Assembly (NCBI RefSeq): GCF_006345805.1
Contig: NC_043007.1
Coordinates: 56,978,001 to 57,042,000 of the forward strand
Source: Octopus sinensis
Lineage: Eukaryota
DNA: 64,000 nt
Direction: 5' to 3'
The notes below the pieces were generated by a model. The model had not been told where the DNA came from. It saw nothing but the letters and a program-made list of their open reading frames with translations, and made no database searches. The position numbers were made by a program, and so were the translations under genes. How positions within the stretch are numbered: position 1 is the stretch's first letter; the number at the start of each line of letters is the position of its first letter. Below are positions 38,871 to 50,947 of this stretch, piece by piece.

Positions 38871-39860
38871 CTTTTTAGATGTACAGTTTGACAGGAGACA
38901 CACTGAATCAACTGTTGCTGGCTGTAAATAAATGGAAACCAATAAGCAGCCACAGAATGTGGGAGATATAGGCTTTTGAAGAAAGGCGGTGGTGGGTATT
39001 TTTTGAATTATAATAATTAAACCCAAAACACAACTGCCTCTAGAAATGGTTCGAGAAGAATGCAACCATATTATTTATAAGATGTTTGGAAGGCGCCACC
39101 TACTGACAGGTGTGCGAACGACTGAGCATAACTCTGAGAAGACGAAGAACCTAATAGCAGCGTTAAGGGAGAAGGGTGATGAGATATCAAAGAGGGGGAG
39201 GACCAACGAAGGGAAGGCGATGATGGAGGTGAGACGTGAAATAACGTAAGCAGCTTGTTTAGGTTGACAACTGAGATTGTTTATGTTTTTATGACCAGGA
39301 GAAGACGAAGGAATTAGTTTTAACAGGGATATTGCTAAGAGTTTCGTATGTAAGAGATGGGGGAAAAAAACGATAGCTTGATGATTGAAACATAAACAAA
39401 ATATTTAAATGAAATTGTTAAATAAAATTTAGTGCACAGATAAATAAATTTAAAAAATGCTAATCTGCAGCTGACTCAAAATATTCGACTTGAAAAATAA
39501 AAACAAATTAAGGACCTTGTTAAATTCTTTCCCAAATAAATAATTATTATTAATAGCATCGTCTCCCCTACCACGTATTCAAATGACTATTTCTACTATC
39601 GACAAAATGACTAATATTATAAAGATGCAATTTCCTTCTTCTTAAGAGATTATAAAAAGTGTCATTTCCTTCGATGCTCTCTGTAACCTTATTCATGTCA
39701 TTGCTGATGGTTTAATATTTCTTAAAGTCACGAACTAGCGTTCTTACCAGTTCTTTGCTTCTATTCTTTCTACCGAAAACAACATCACATTTTTATGCCA
39801 TCACCAGTTGCCACGAGCAGTTTTTCCGATGTTTTGTTATTGTTTTGATTGGGCGGTATT
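38871..39860 (-). promoter_or_regulatory. Candidate promoter and non-coding first exon(s) of the minus-strand gene
   Basis: Lies near the onset of CpG-intact sequence. Overlapping CCAAT/GC boxes (plus strand GATTGGGCGG, 39847-39856). Minus-strand donors CTG|GTAAGA (39747) and AAG|GTAGGA (38870), an acceptor cttctcag| (39134), a TATA-like TTATAAAT (~39073-39080) and a CTCF-like motif (39093-39106). Confidence 0.4.
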
Positions 39861-40762
39861 CCTACCCCGTCTCTTTTTCCACCTGTTTAACCTTTTAAAA
39901 TACACATTTTTTTTTAAATTTCCATGCAAAAAAAAAAATCATTTTTTAATTATTTGTTTTGAATCAGTATGTAAGACAATAAATACAAAAATTATTTTGG
40001 ATCAGTTATGATTTATTATGAAATTACTGATAGAAATGATAGTGATAGTTAATGATAGAAAACGGGAATAACATCATGAACGAAGAATTTCGGTTAGAAA
40101 TAAGTGACAGGTACCAGAGTACAGTGAACGTATATTTTCGTTCAAATATATATTTACTAGACATCTCTGAACGAAAATATGCGGGATAATATGTTAAGAG
40201 GTTAATTTTATTTTCTTCCTCAATTCTTTTTTTTTTTTTTTTTCTGGGACATTCCTTCGATTTGGTTCCTGAATGTCGGTGTGAGGAGACGAAGGAAAGG
40301 TTGTGTGGGTGAATGATGTCGTGTACCCATATCGAAGGATTGCTCTTATCTTTTAACCTTTATATCGTAAAACTTATTTTTAAATACATTCACAACACAT
40401 CTCCCCCTATTCTACAGCCCTCCTCCAGACATTGTTCGTCATAAATACTTTATATAGTTGTTCTGCTCTATAAGACACATTGTCTCATTATACCATTATC
40501 TTCGGCCAACACAGTTTCCCATTGGGATCTTATTTTGAGATAAGAGTTTTACATTGACATGTTCCATGTTCAGTGCGCACCACCTCATCTCATTCTCTTT
40601 ACACACACACACACATACACACACTGCGTGCTTTCTTGTAAAGAATTATCAATTCATATTGTCTATAGTGTGTTAATAAACTTTCTTGGAACTCTAATTA
40701 CCAACTCTACGCAAGATTATTTACGTTGTATATGTGTGTGTGTGCGCGCGTTTATGTGTGTA

Positions 40763-40909
40763 TACATACATACATACATACATACATACATACATACATA
40801 CATACATACATACATACATACATACATACATACATACATACATACATACATACATACATACATACATACATACATACATACATACATACATACATACATA
40901 CATACATAC
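40763..40909. repeat. (TACA)n microsatellite, ~36 perfect units
   Basis: Direct reading. Confidence 0.98.
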
Positions 40910-41239
40910 GCACGCTCGCGTGCGTGCACACACGCGCATAATAGTTAAAACAAATAAGAATCGGCAATGGTTTGAGAAGAGAACAGTCATGCTATTTATA
41001 AGATGCTCAGGTTCGTCTTAGCAACATTATAAGCCCCCGGTCGTCAAAATACTGGACCTTACAGTAGTTATTGACACCAAGCCACAGTCTACGTAGCTTT
41101 GAACTGGGCCCCTATAACCGTAAAACCCCTGGGTGATTACCCACTGTACTTATGACACCTACCAACAGATATGCGAACAATTTAGCGTCTATCAAAATCT
41201 TCAATGCAATTCACAATAGAAAAGGAAAAGAATCCCACG

Positions 41240-41447
41240 ACTCTCCCGGGTGCTACGCGCTAAAATCTCCCGCGATAGGTGAAAATCCGCGAAGTAAAAA
41301 CAGTATTGTACTGTATCTTTTTTTATTATTTCTATAATTTGTATATATTTATTTTATTATAAATGCAAAACAACACCACAGAGGAACCAACGTAAGATTA
41401 GATAATAAATCGTGATAGGTGAACCGCGATATGGTGAGGGATTACTT
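41240..41447. mobile_element. Tigger/pogo-like MITE right end
   Basis: cgtgataggtgaaccgcgatatggtgagggattact terminus with the subterminal repeat cgcgataggtgaa. The left end was not found. Confidence 0.4.
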
Positions 41448-41636
41448 TAATAAACTGGCCTTCTTGGATATGCTAACAATTCACACAATGTGAGTTCCGT
41501 ATATCGCAAACGTATATTCACCAGGCAATCCTTGGACATCGCATGAAGAAAGAAATCATCTACGACCTACAACATCGAACAAAACTCAAATGTAGTAACC
41601 CTGATAAATGTAACGAAAAACGTCGCCCTTTTCAAG

Positions 41637-41920
41637 CCTAGCCAGGCTCATGGGCCCGGTTTCTGTGGCGTATGTGTTTCCCCCAGCTGGACGGGACGCC
41701 AGTCCATCGCAACGTTACTCAAGAAACAGGAAGAGAGAGTGAGAGAAAGTTGTGGCGAAAGAGTACAACAGGGGTTGCCACTAACCCCTGCCGGAGCCTC
41801 GTGGAGCTTTAGGTGTTTTCGCTCAATAAACACACACAACGCCCGGTCTGGGAATCGATACTGCGATTCTCCGACCGCGAGTCCGCTGCCCTAACCACTG
41901 GGCCATTGCGCCTCCACAGT
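41637..41920 (-). mobile_element. CpG-intact tRNA-derived SINE
   Basis: tRNA-like head (reverse complement gtggaggcgcaatggcccagtggttagggcagcggactcgcggtcggagaatcgcag) followed by a SINE body. Confidence 0.75.
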
Positions 41921-42886
41921 AACCCTGATACTTGCCAAAAAAAAATTATAAAAAGGAAGACTTTTCAGGGTAACAACTGCTCTACAAGCATAACATCAGC
42001 TTCTTTAATAATGGTTTCAAATTTTGGCTCGCGGCCAGTTATTTCGGGAAGAATGTAAATCGATTACATCAACTCCAGTGCTCGACTGGTACTTATTTTA
42101 TCGACCCTGAAAGGCAAAGTCGACCTCGGTGGAATTTGAAATCCAAACGTAAGGACGGACATAATGCCGCTAAGCATTTTATCCGGCGTGTTAATGATTC
42201 TGATAGTTTGCTACCTTATCAAGACCCTTTTCGTCCCAAACAAATAGCAAGGGACTCATACGAAAAAAATATTAAATAATGAAAAAAGATAAAACTAGGA
42301 CACAGTCTTGTATTACATACAACACTTCTTAAACCAGTGATTACTCATCCTTTTTTCTTTATACACCTTTTTTTCAAAATATCATTTCCCCCTTCCAAGA
42401 TTCAAGAGGTGCAGTCAAAATAATATATGCATACAATGTGTGAAAATCTTTTTTTTTTCTTTTGTATATTACTCCATATTTACATTTTTGTTGTCATTTT
42501 ATCAATTATCTCAATCCTTATAACTCTCATCATACTGCCTGTTAATCAGGGATTACAACGTATCTACCAGTATTCAATCTTCCAACCATCACCCTTTCTA
42601 TTTTCTCCATCTCTCTCTCTTTCTCTCCCTCACACTCACCGCTATTCATCTTTATTGTAATTTTGTTACTGTCTTTCTCACATTACTCTTTCTAGTATTA
42701 CTCATTATATTGTTAACATGCATTATTCTCTCTGTCTCTCTCTCTCTCTCCCATTACTCTACACCACTTCTATTACTTTTCCAACACCCTGTCTCCTACT
42801 ATCACTCTTTCTTCACCATCACGCAGCTAAATTTTTTCCCTATTCAACTCCTTTATCAACAAACTACATGTAACTGCTTATCACAG

Positions 42887-42887
<1 letters not shown>

Positions 42888-42956
<69 letters not shown>

Positions 42957-42962
42957 CTCTCT
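42888..42962. repeat. (CT)n microsatellite
   Basis: Direct reading. Confidence 0.95.
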
Positions 42963-43559
42963 CATTTTTTCTTTCATTTTTTTCTAACATCCATTCTCCA
43001 ATCGCTCAGTTTCTCCCGTCATACTTTCTCTTATTTCAACCTCTAACCCTTGTCATCACTTTCTTCTGTTCAGCTATCGATCAAGTTAACTTCGAAGAAT
43101 GGAATAGAAACAATCTTTAAATCTTGCAGAGAACAAGCAACCTCTCTAATGCTGGCACCGCAAAAATTAAAAAAATACTCCCAGAATATTTTGTAAAGTG
43201 ACTGGCATTACGAAGAGAATACTGGAGTAGAAACCAAGCTAAAAATGTTACAAACGAAACATTGATCTTAACCCATGTGGGAGGACAGTACATCTACATA
43301 AGAAATTACTTGTCAAATCTATACCAGCATATAAAGCAAATATAAAATGATGCTGATGATGCGGCGAAGGGTTTCAAAAATTTAACAGCAATAGAAAATG
43401 TGGATGGATTTTAAGGCTTGAATAAAGATAATTTTGTTTCTAAAAGTATTTCAGCAAAGATGAAGTAGAAAAGAATGTCAAGGTATTGTCATTCATTCAT
43501 TTTATTCGGGTGAAGATTGCAGTTAATGATAACCTGTTGTTGTTGTTGTTGTTACCTAT

Positions 43560-46500
43560 CATGTGAGTGTTTGGACATTTGTTGAGTCCTGTGTTGTGAC
43601 TGGTTGAGTGTTGCGTGGGAATTGGATCGAAGGTCCAATTACGTTGCGCGTATTATATATTCTCAAACAACTAATCTATGTGTTCTGGAGCCTCCTTTTT
43701 TTCCATAAATTGGTGGGAAAAATTATTTACGAGTCAGAGGGATGGAAGTTTTCAACGCTATTCTCGATGCACGCCTGGATAGCCGAGGCTCGAACGATAG
43801 GAAATGCAACTCACGCCTCGTCGATCTGCTGAAGCGATTTAGGCTGGCAGATTCATACAGACTTGATAATCCGACGGTTCCAATGTGGACTTGGACCAAT
43901 AATGACGGATCAATCCGGTCTCACATAGACAGGATTATAGTTAATGCTAGAGATAAGTCTAGTTTTAGCTGTCCACAGTTTACCTATGTACCTTACACGG
44001 ATTACAAATTAGTGACGTGTGGGTTACATATTGACAAGTTTCATAGACACGGATCTGGCTACTGGAAGTTGAACAAGTCCCTGTTGGATTGTGAAACTTG
44101 CCGGAGCCAGATTAAGGTGTTAGTAATAAGGCCACTAACCGGCGCCGTGTTAAATAACCAGTGGTGGAGGGCCCTCAAAAGAGCCATTCGACTTGAGTCA
44201 ACTAGATTTAGCAAGCAGTTAAGCCTCAAGCAGACTAGAGTAGAAAGGGATTTAGTTAAGGCGTTAGAAGAGGCGCTGAGAACAGGTTTTGCACCCCAAG
44301 TTTCGGCGGCGAGCTCCACCTTGGACCGACACTTCAATGCCAAACACGAAGGATGCAGAGTTCGGGCTAAAGTACGTGCACTAGGTCGTGAGGGTATCAA
44401 CATTGCCAGATCGCTCGGTAGAAACCCAACGTGGCGTGGATGCTATGATACGGTCTGTGGTTAACGAACATAGACAGGAGGTCGAAGGACAGGAGGAGAT
44501 GTGCAAGGCCTTACACGAGCACTTTGCTGCGTTGTTCGGGAGGGACGGGGCGCTGGACCATGGGGATGCCCTCCGGGATTTCCTGGCCCGCGTCTTTCGG
44601 CGCGTGACGCTGAGCGCTGTGAACGGCCAATCAAGGCTGAGGAGGTTATAGAGGAGCTTTCCGAGTGCCCCGGGGACAAGTCGCCGGGATTGGATGGTCT
44701 ACCTTACGAATTTTATAAAAATATGCCAGACTTGTTCGGGAACATACTGGCCAGTGTGTACGCGAATTAGCAGCAGAATGGAAGAATTCCCAAATCTGTG
44801 AGCCGAGGAGTGGTGACACTGATCAGGAAGGACCCGAGCAAGGGAGATAACATTAATAATTTTCGGCTAAACACAAAATTAAAGATTTTGGCCAAGGTGC
44901 TAGCCAAGAGAGTGAGGACTGTTGTAGGCGGCCTGGTGGGAGAGGCACAGACATATGCCATCCCAAGAAGGACGATACATGTCAATCTTCATCTCATTCG
45001 CTACACCATAAAGAGGGTTGGTAAAGTCCCTGGCAAAAGAGGGGCACTGGTGAATTTAGACCAGCCTAAAGCATTCGATAGGGTGTCGACCATCGGTATC
45101 TGGCGGCGGTCCTCCGCCCGGTCGGACTGGGCCCGACTTTCCGAGGCTAGATCGAAGCTTTGTATTGCAACATCGAATCTGTCGTCTAGATGAATGGGTT
45201 CTTCTCGAGCCCGTTCGCGATCGAGCGTTCGGTTTGCCAGGGCTGCCCCCTGTCGCCGCTTCCGTATGAATTGGCTCTTGAGCCACTGCTGCAGAGATTG
45301 GGGACTCTGGAGGCAGACCCGAGTGATCTGTGTTACGGTAGAAGTGCGACGGTATATGCGGATGATGTTACCATCATCGCGTCTGATGAAGGGTATCTAC
45401 CTCGTGTAGAAGACGCCATCAAAAGTTACAAAGCGGTGGCAGGGGCAAAAATTAACCAGGAGAAATCAGTCGGCTTGCAACTCGGCCCCTGGCGTGACAA
45501 GTCGATGCCTCCCGAGAGCGTCGTCGGACGCTTGACGGAGGGCCCGGTTAAGTTGCTCGGAATCTGGTTTGGACTAGATCTCCAGGTGAAGAAAACTGGA
45601 GTAAGGTGACGACCATAACCCAGACCTGGTCTGGGAGGACGTTATCCTAGCTAGGAAGGGCCGAGGTTGCTCAGGTGTTTATAACATCTGTGATAACCCA
45701 CCGCCTAACCGTCGTGCCTTGCCCCGGTTTGTGGCTGACCAAGTTGGAACGGATCATTTTCCACTTTTTGCGGACAGGGAAAACGTCACTTGTGAGGCGC
45801 TCCATCTGCTGCCAAAAACCGTTAAAGGGTGGACTGGGGATGCCGTAGGTGATAATGCGCAAGTATGCGCTGAAGCTGAGGCATCTCTGGCACTACCTGG
45901 ATGGTGAACAGGTGTGGTCACCGCATGACAAGTAACTTCTTCCACAATTGAAGTTCTTCAGGGACTTAGGCACATGGATCAATCGGAGACCTAGGATGGG
46001 GGAATGGCAGAAAGAGTGCCGACAAGCACTCACTCTGTTCTCCCGAGCGAGCAATACCGGCGGCGAGGCTACCACTGCGGATTATTATAGAGGATTGGTA
46101 GGGTATGAGTCCGATGACGTCCTGGGTGAGACTTTAGGCTTCGATGAGGAACAACTGACCAGCCTATTCAGGAGGACATTCGGGCCAGGATATATCTGGA
46201 TAACTTCCAGAAATCTTTGGCTTGGTTGTGCTATAGATCGGCCTTACTGGTTCGAGAAAGGTAGTCCAGACACGGTTTTGACGCCGCCCCTACATGCCCG
46301 AGGTGCGGGCGCGTCAGTGAAACTGTCGCGTATGCCTTTGTACACTATGAGGAGCTGAGGGAGTTGATAGCCTATGTTGAACCACTGATGCTGGATGCAG
46401 AAAGAGTACGGCTCTCGACTGAGTCCATCGTTAAGATAGTACCGCCTCTCACCCTTAACGAGGAAAGGCAGGCATCTTTTCTCTGCGTAGTAGCATTACT

Positions 46501-46880
46501 GAAAGATACAGTATGGATGACACGTGCGAAAGGGATTGAGACAGAGTGTGTACGGGAAAAGATGGAAAACTGTGGAAAGGAAGTTGAGTATGAACGGGGC
46601 CGTGCTAGTGTAGCCGGTCAAAACAAAAAGCAATAAAAGAAAAAAAGGGAAAAAACCGGCGGGTTAAAAATGAACCCGTGGACTATATAATTATGTTTAT
46701 TTTTTTAATTGCATTCTCATTTTCGATTTGAATTGTATTTTTATTTTTCGATTTATCATTCCGATTTCACCCAAATTTTAAATGATTGTAACCCCAGCCC
46801 GCTGTAAGATTGTGCTTGTTTCGTCCCCGCCCCTGTTCTGTACCTCCTATATATGTCATTCATAGGCGAATAAAGAAATT
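43560..46880 (+). mobile_element. 5'-truncated, frameshifted Tx1/L1-type LINE (ORF2 only)
   Basis: APE tail (FNAILDARLD, WTWTN, GSGYWKLN) and RT (KSPGLDGLPYEFY, QGCPLSPL, YADDV). The 3' end is near ggcgAATAAAgaaatt (~46870). Confidence 0.9.
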
Positions 46881-47526
46881 CAGAGGGGTGAAAGTTATAT
46901 AGATTCTGCGGTTTTTTTTTTTTTTGTTTTAGAGAACAATTAATATAACGGAGCTTATGTAACCAACGATGACCCAAGATGAATTATCAAAACGATGGAT
47001 GAACAACAACCACCAGAATTTGTAATGCTTCTTGCGTTGGTCCACTGTACCACTTTACGAAGGAATAAAGTCCCACTGTCATTTTAAAGCTGGTTTCTTT
47101 TGTTATTTTTACGAACGAACACGCAGCATATATTATATAATGATATTCATGATTCTTTAGTAAACTAGACCAACGAAAAAAATCTCGTTCTCGTGATACA
47201 GCCAGGCAAATATTCCATCTTACCCCAACTTCAAATAATAATAATAATAATAATAGTTAATTTTTTTTATTGGCTACAAAGGCTGACACACATGATTAGT
47301 AAACATAAAGGAACAAAACGGGACGAAAGGTTACAAAGGGTTTTGTCTGTTTGTAAAAATCCGAGTAAAAACAGTTTAACAACGAAAGATTATAACAATG
47401 GAAATCTCCCAAAAGGGGGAGGCGTTACGAAAGGTTCCTGGTGGAAAAACCCATAAAAGCCAACGGGAGCCTGGTCAAAAAAGTGGGGTAGAGAGCCCCT
47501 TTCTCCTTTTATAAAACCTTTTTGAA

Positions 47527-50500
47527 TTACAGGCGAAACCTGAGAATTGGTCCATTTATACTGGCCATTCTTGCACAATTCACCCACCTTTCAGAAAACT
47601 TGCTATCAGACAGCACTCTCCTCTCTAACCTCATCTTCCTTTTCAAGTGAAACTTGAAAAAGTTGATGAGGCCTTGACCAAAGGGGAAAGTGTCTGACTT
47701 TAGCCCTTTCAAACGGATCCACCATACAACCTCTTTCGCCACAGCCACTAGGCACAGGAAAACGGCCTCGCCCTCCTTGTTAAAGGAGGTCGGCGGGGCA
47801 ATCTTCACTATGGATTCGGCTGATAGCCGGATCTGTCCTATACGTGACAGTAGCTGTTCGACATAGACCCATAGTTCAGCAATACTCGGGCACTGGACGA
47901 GTGCGTGCAAAACGGTTTCGTCGTCCTGGCAACACTGTGGGCAGGCCCGGCTGACGGCACTTCCGTGCCGGTAGAGTTTATCCCGAACAGGCAGACCCCT
48001 CGGTAGCACTGCCAGGAGAGCGACCTCTGGAAATTATCCATTGGCCCCGGCCCGAAAGTCCTCCCGAACAGACCGCTCAGTTCGTTATCGTCAACGCCTA
48101 GAGTTTCCCCGAGAACGTCGTCGCATTTTTCCTCCACTAACCCTCTATAGAACGCTAGAGTGGAACTAAACCGATCGCATTGCCCGTCTGGCGGAGGGCG
48201 GAGAGAGCTTGACGGCACTCGAGGTGCCAAGCGCCCTTTCTCGGTCTACGTTTGATCCAGGTCTGCAGCTCTGTCAAAGGGACGAGCTGCGGAAAGTCGC
48301 GTCTGACAAAAGACGACCACACCTGTTGACCGTCCAGGAAACGCTTGAGATGCCGCAGCCTGAGCGCATGTCTACGCATCAGTAACCACGGCATGCCAAG
48401 GCCTCCGTTCAGCGGTCGTTGACAGCAGATGGATCGCCTGACCAGTGGCACCTGACCAGTGGCACCTGACCAGTGGCACCTGACCCTTCCACAAAAAGTC
48501 GAAGAGCAGGCGTACCAGCTTGGCCAACCAGCGGTCGGGACAAGGGACGACGGTCAAGCGGTAATAGATGACGGATGCGATGTACGCATTCGCCACCTCC
48601 GCTCGACCTTTCAGGGACAGCTTCCTCTCGGGCCATTTCTGGGTGAGACGTGCCACCCTGCTCATCACCTCTTCCCAGTTTTTATCCACCTGGAGGTCCG
48701 GACCGAACCAGACCCCGAGCAGTTTAACGGGTCCGTCTGTCCAGCGCCCTACGACGCTGTTGGACGGCATGGGCTTGCCTCTCCAGGTGCCCAGTTGCAA
48801 GCCCACAGACTTTTCCGCGTTAATCTTTGCCCCTGTCACCGCTTCGTACTCGTTTAGTGTCTCGCCAGTCAGGCCAATGTGCCTGTGGCTCGACACCATC
48901 ACGGTGACGTCGTCGGCATAGGCAGACACGCTGTTTCCGCCTCCTAGATCGCGCGGCATACCCCTCAAAGCCTCCAACTTGCGCAGTAATGGCTCGAGAG
49001 TCAATATGTACAAGAGGGAGGAGAGATGTCAAACGGTTCCGAAAGGTGACCGTTCATCCGTATCACCGAGCAGATGTTGCCGTATAAAGCAGCCATCCAC
49101 CCGCGGAAGACTGGACCGAAGCCGGCTGCCAGGTACCGATGGTCGACCCTATCGAAGGCTTTACTCTGATCTAAGTTGATGAAAGCCCCACCCGCGCCAG
49201 CGTCGTTACCCACCCTCTCTATGATGTAGCGCATGAGATGGAGGTTGTCGTGTATCGACCTGGTCGACACGGCGCATGTCTGCGTCTTGCCAACCAGCTT
49301 GTCCACGACAAGCGCCAATCTCTTGGCTAGCACCTTGGCCAAAATCTTCAACTCTGCATTGAGCAGAGTGATGGGCCGAAAATTCCCTATAACGTCCCCC
49401 TTGTTTGGGTCCTTTTTTAGCAAAGCCACCACCCCTCGACAGACAAAAGCAGGAATTCTCCCGTTTTGCTGCCAGTTGCAGTAGACGTTTGCCAACAGGC
49501 CCGCAAACAAGTCTGGCATTGAAGTGTAAAGCTCGTAGGGCAGACCATCCAAACCCGGCGATCTACCTCTCGTGCAACTCTTCATTGCTTCCTCTACTTC
49601 CCAGGTAGATATCGGTCCTTCGCAGCACTCTGCCTCGCTGTTCGAGAGCCGCGGTAGGCCGTTTAGGTACACACCGAAGTCTGCACCGTTGGTGTCCGTT
49701 CTACAGCTCGTCGTTCCAAACAGTTGAGCAAAATACCGCTGAAACACCGCACACATCTGCTTCGGTTCGGTAACCTCGCGCCCGTTCTGGTCCACCAAAG
49801 ACCGAATGGTTGCTTTGTTGCCTCGCTTCGCGTCCGCCACGCGGGCCCATCGAGCGGCTCTAGTCCCCTCCCCGCTTAGCGAACGTGCCTTAGCTCTGAC
49901 AACGCAGCCTTCGTGTTTGGCGTCAAAGTGTTGGTCGAGGGCCAACCTTGCCACCAACACGTCGGTCGCGATGCCAGTCTTAAGAGCCTCGTCTAGTTTC
50001 TTAACTAAATCCCGCTCTCTCTTCCTACGTTCAATAGCTAGAGTCTTACTAAGCCTAATAGACTCCACTCTAATTGCTCTCTTGAGGGCAAACCACCAGT
50101 TGTTGTTGATGATTGCCCCCGTGAGCGCCCGCTTAACTAGTAAACTAATCCGGTCTCTGTAAGCTTTGCACGCCGTTAACGACGCGTTCAGCTTCCAGTA
50201 GCCGAGTCCCTGTCTATGCAGCCTATCTAAGTCGACCGTACACGAATTTGTGGTCCGTGTAGTCGACTAGGTGGAATTGTGGACACCCGATGCTGTCCTT
50301 ATCCGCTGGCCTACAGAACATTCTATCTAAGTACGATCTAGACGACCCGATGCGATTGGTCCAAGTCCACATTGGCACATTCGGGTTGTCTAGTCGGCGA
50401 GGCTCTTGCACCCCCCTCTCCTATCAGACGCTACCCTGCCCACCCGATCGAAACGTTCGTCTAAGACAGCGTTCCAATCCCCAACTAGCACTAGAGTGCG

Positions 50501-50902
50501 TGACGTTCCCAGGAAAACTTCCAGACGTTTAAAATAATCCGACTGCCCTGCTCCTGTCGGAGCGTAGGCAGCCAGCAGTCTGAAAGCACCGCCGTCACTA
50601 CCGTCTACGTCGAGGACCACCAACTTACCTTCCGGATCCAGGAAGACTGTCCTTATTTTCAAGTCCAGGCCCTTCCGAAACAACACCGCAGTACCACCAC
50701 CGCCCGCTCCCGGCCGACACGGAGATAGAAAGATCTCGTATCCGCCGAAAAGAGCTGCGAGTGCCTGCGGGTCGGAGAGCCTGGTTTCACTAATGGCTGC
50801 TACATCCACATCATGAAACCTCAGGTCGTTTAACAGGTGACCCTGTTTCCAAGGTGACCCGAGGCCTCTCGCATTCAAGCAACTGATTCTAAGTTTTGCC
50901 AT
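47527..50902 (-). pseudogene. Tx1-type ORF2: APE endonuclease, reverse transcriptase and C-terminal Cys/His domain
   Basis: LNARGL, SETRL, VGDWNAVL, SYLDR, SPGLDGLPYELY, DQSKAFDRVDH, AYADDV and CPQC...ETVLHALVQC, with several frameshifts and deletions. Confidence 0.92.
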
Positions 50903-50947
50903 GTTTCAAAGGTGGGAAAGAAAAAAAAATAAAAGGAGAAAAAGGCT

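Noticed and set aside
39046-39249. 67-aa plus-strand ORF as a small protein gene
   Set aside because: It reflects GA-rich composition and has no recognisable homology. The region is kept only as a promoter candidate.
40559-41021. YIHT and MYVC repeat ORFs
   Set aside because: These are translations of the (TACA)n microsatellite.
41860-41920. tRNA gene
   Set aside because: The tRNA-like box A/B head continues into a SINE body and no complete cloverleaf could be supported. The same applies to the other SINE heads.
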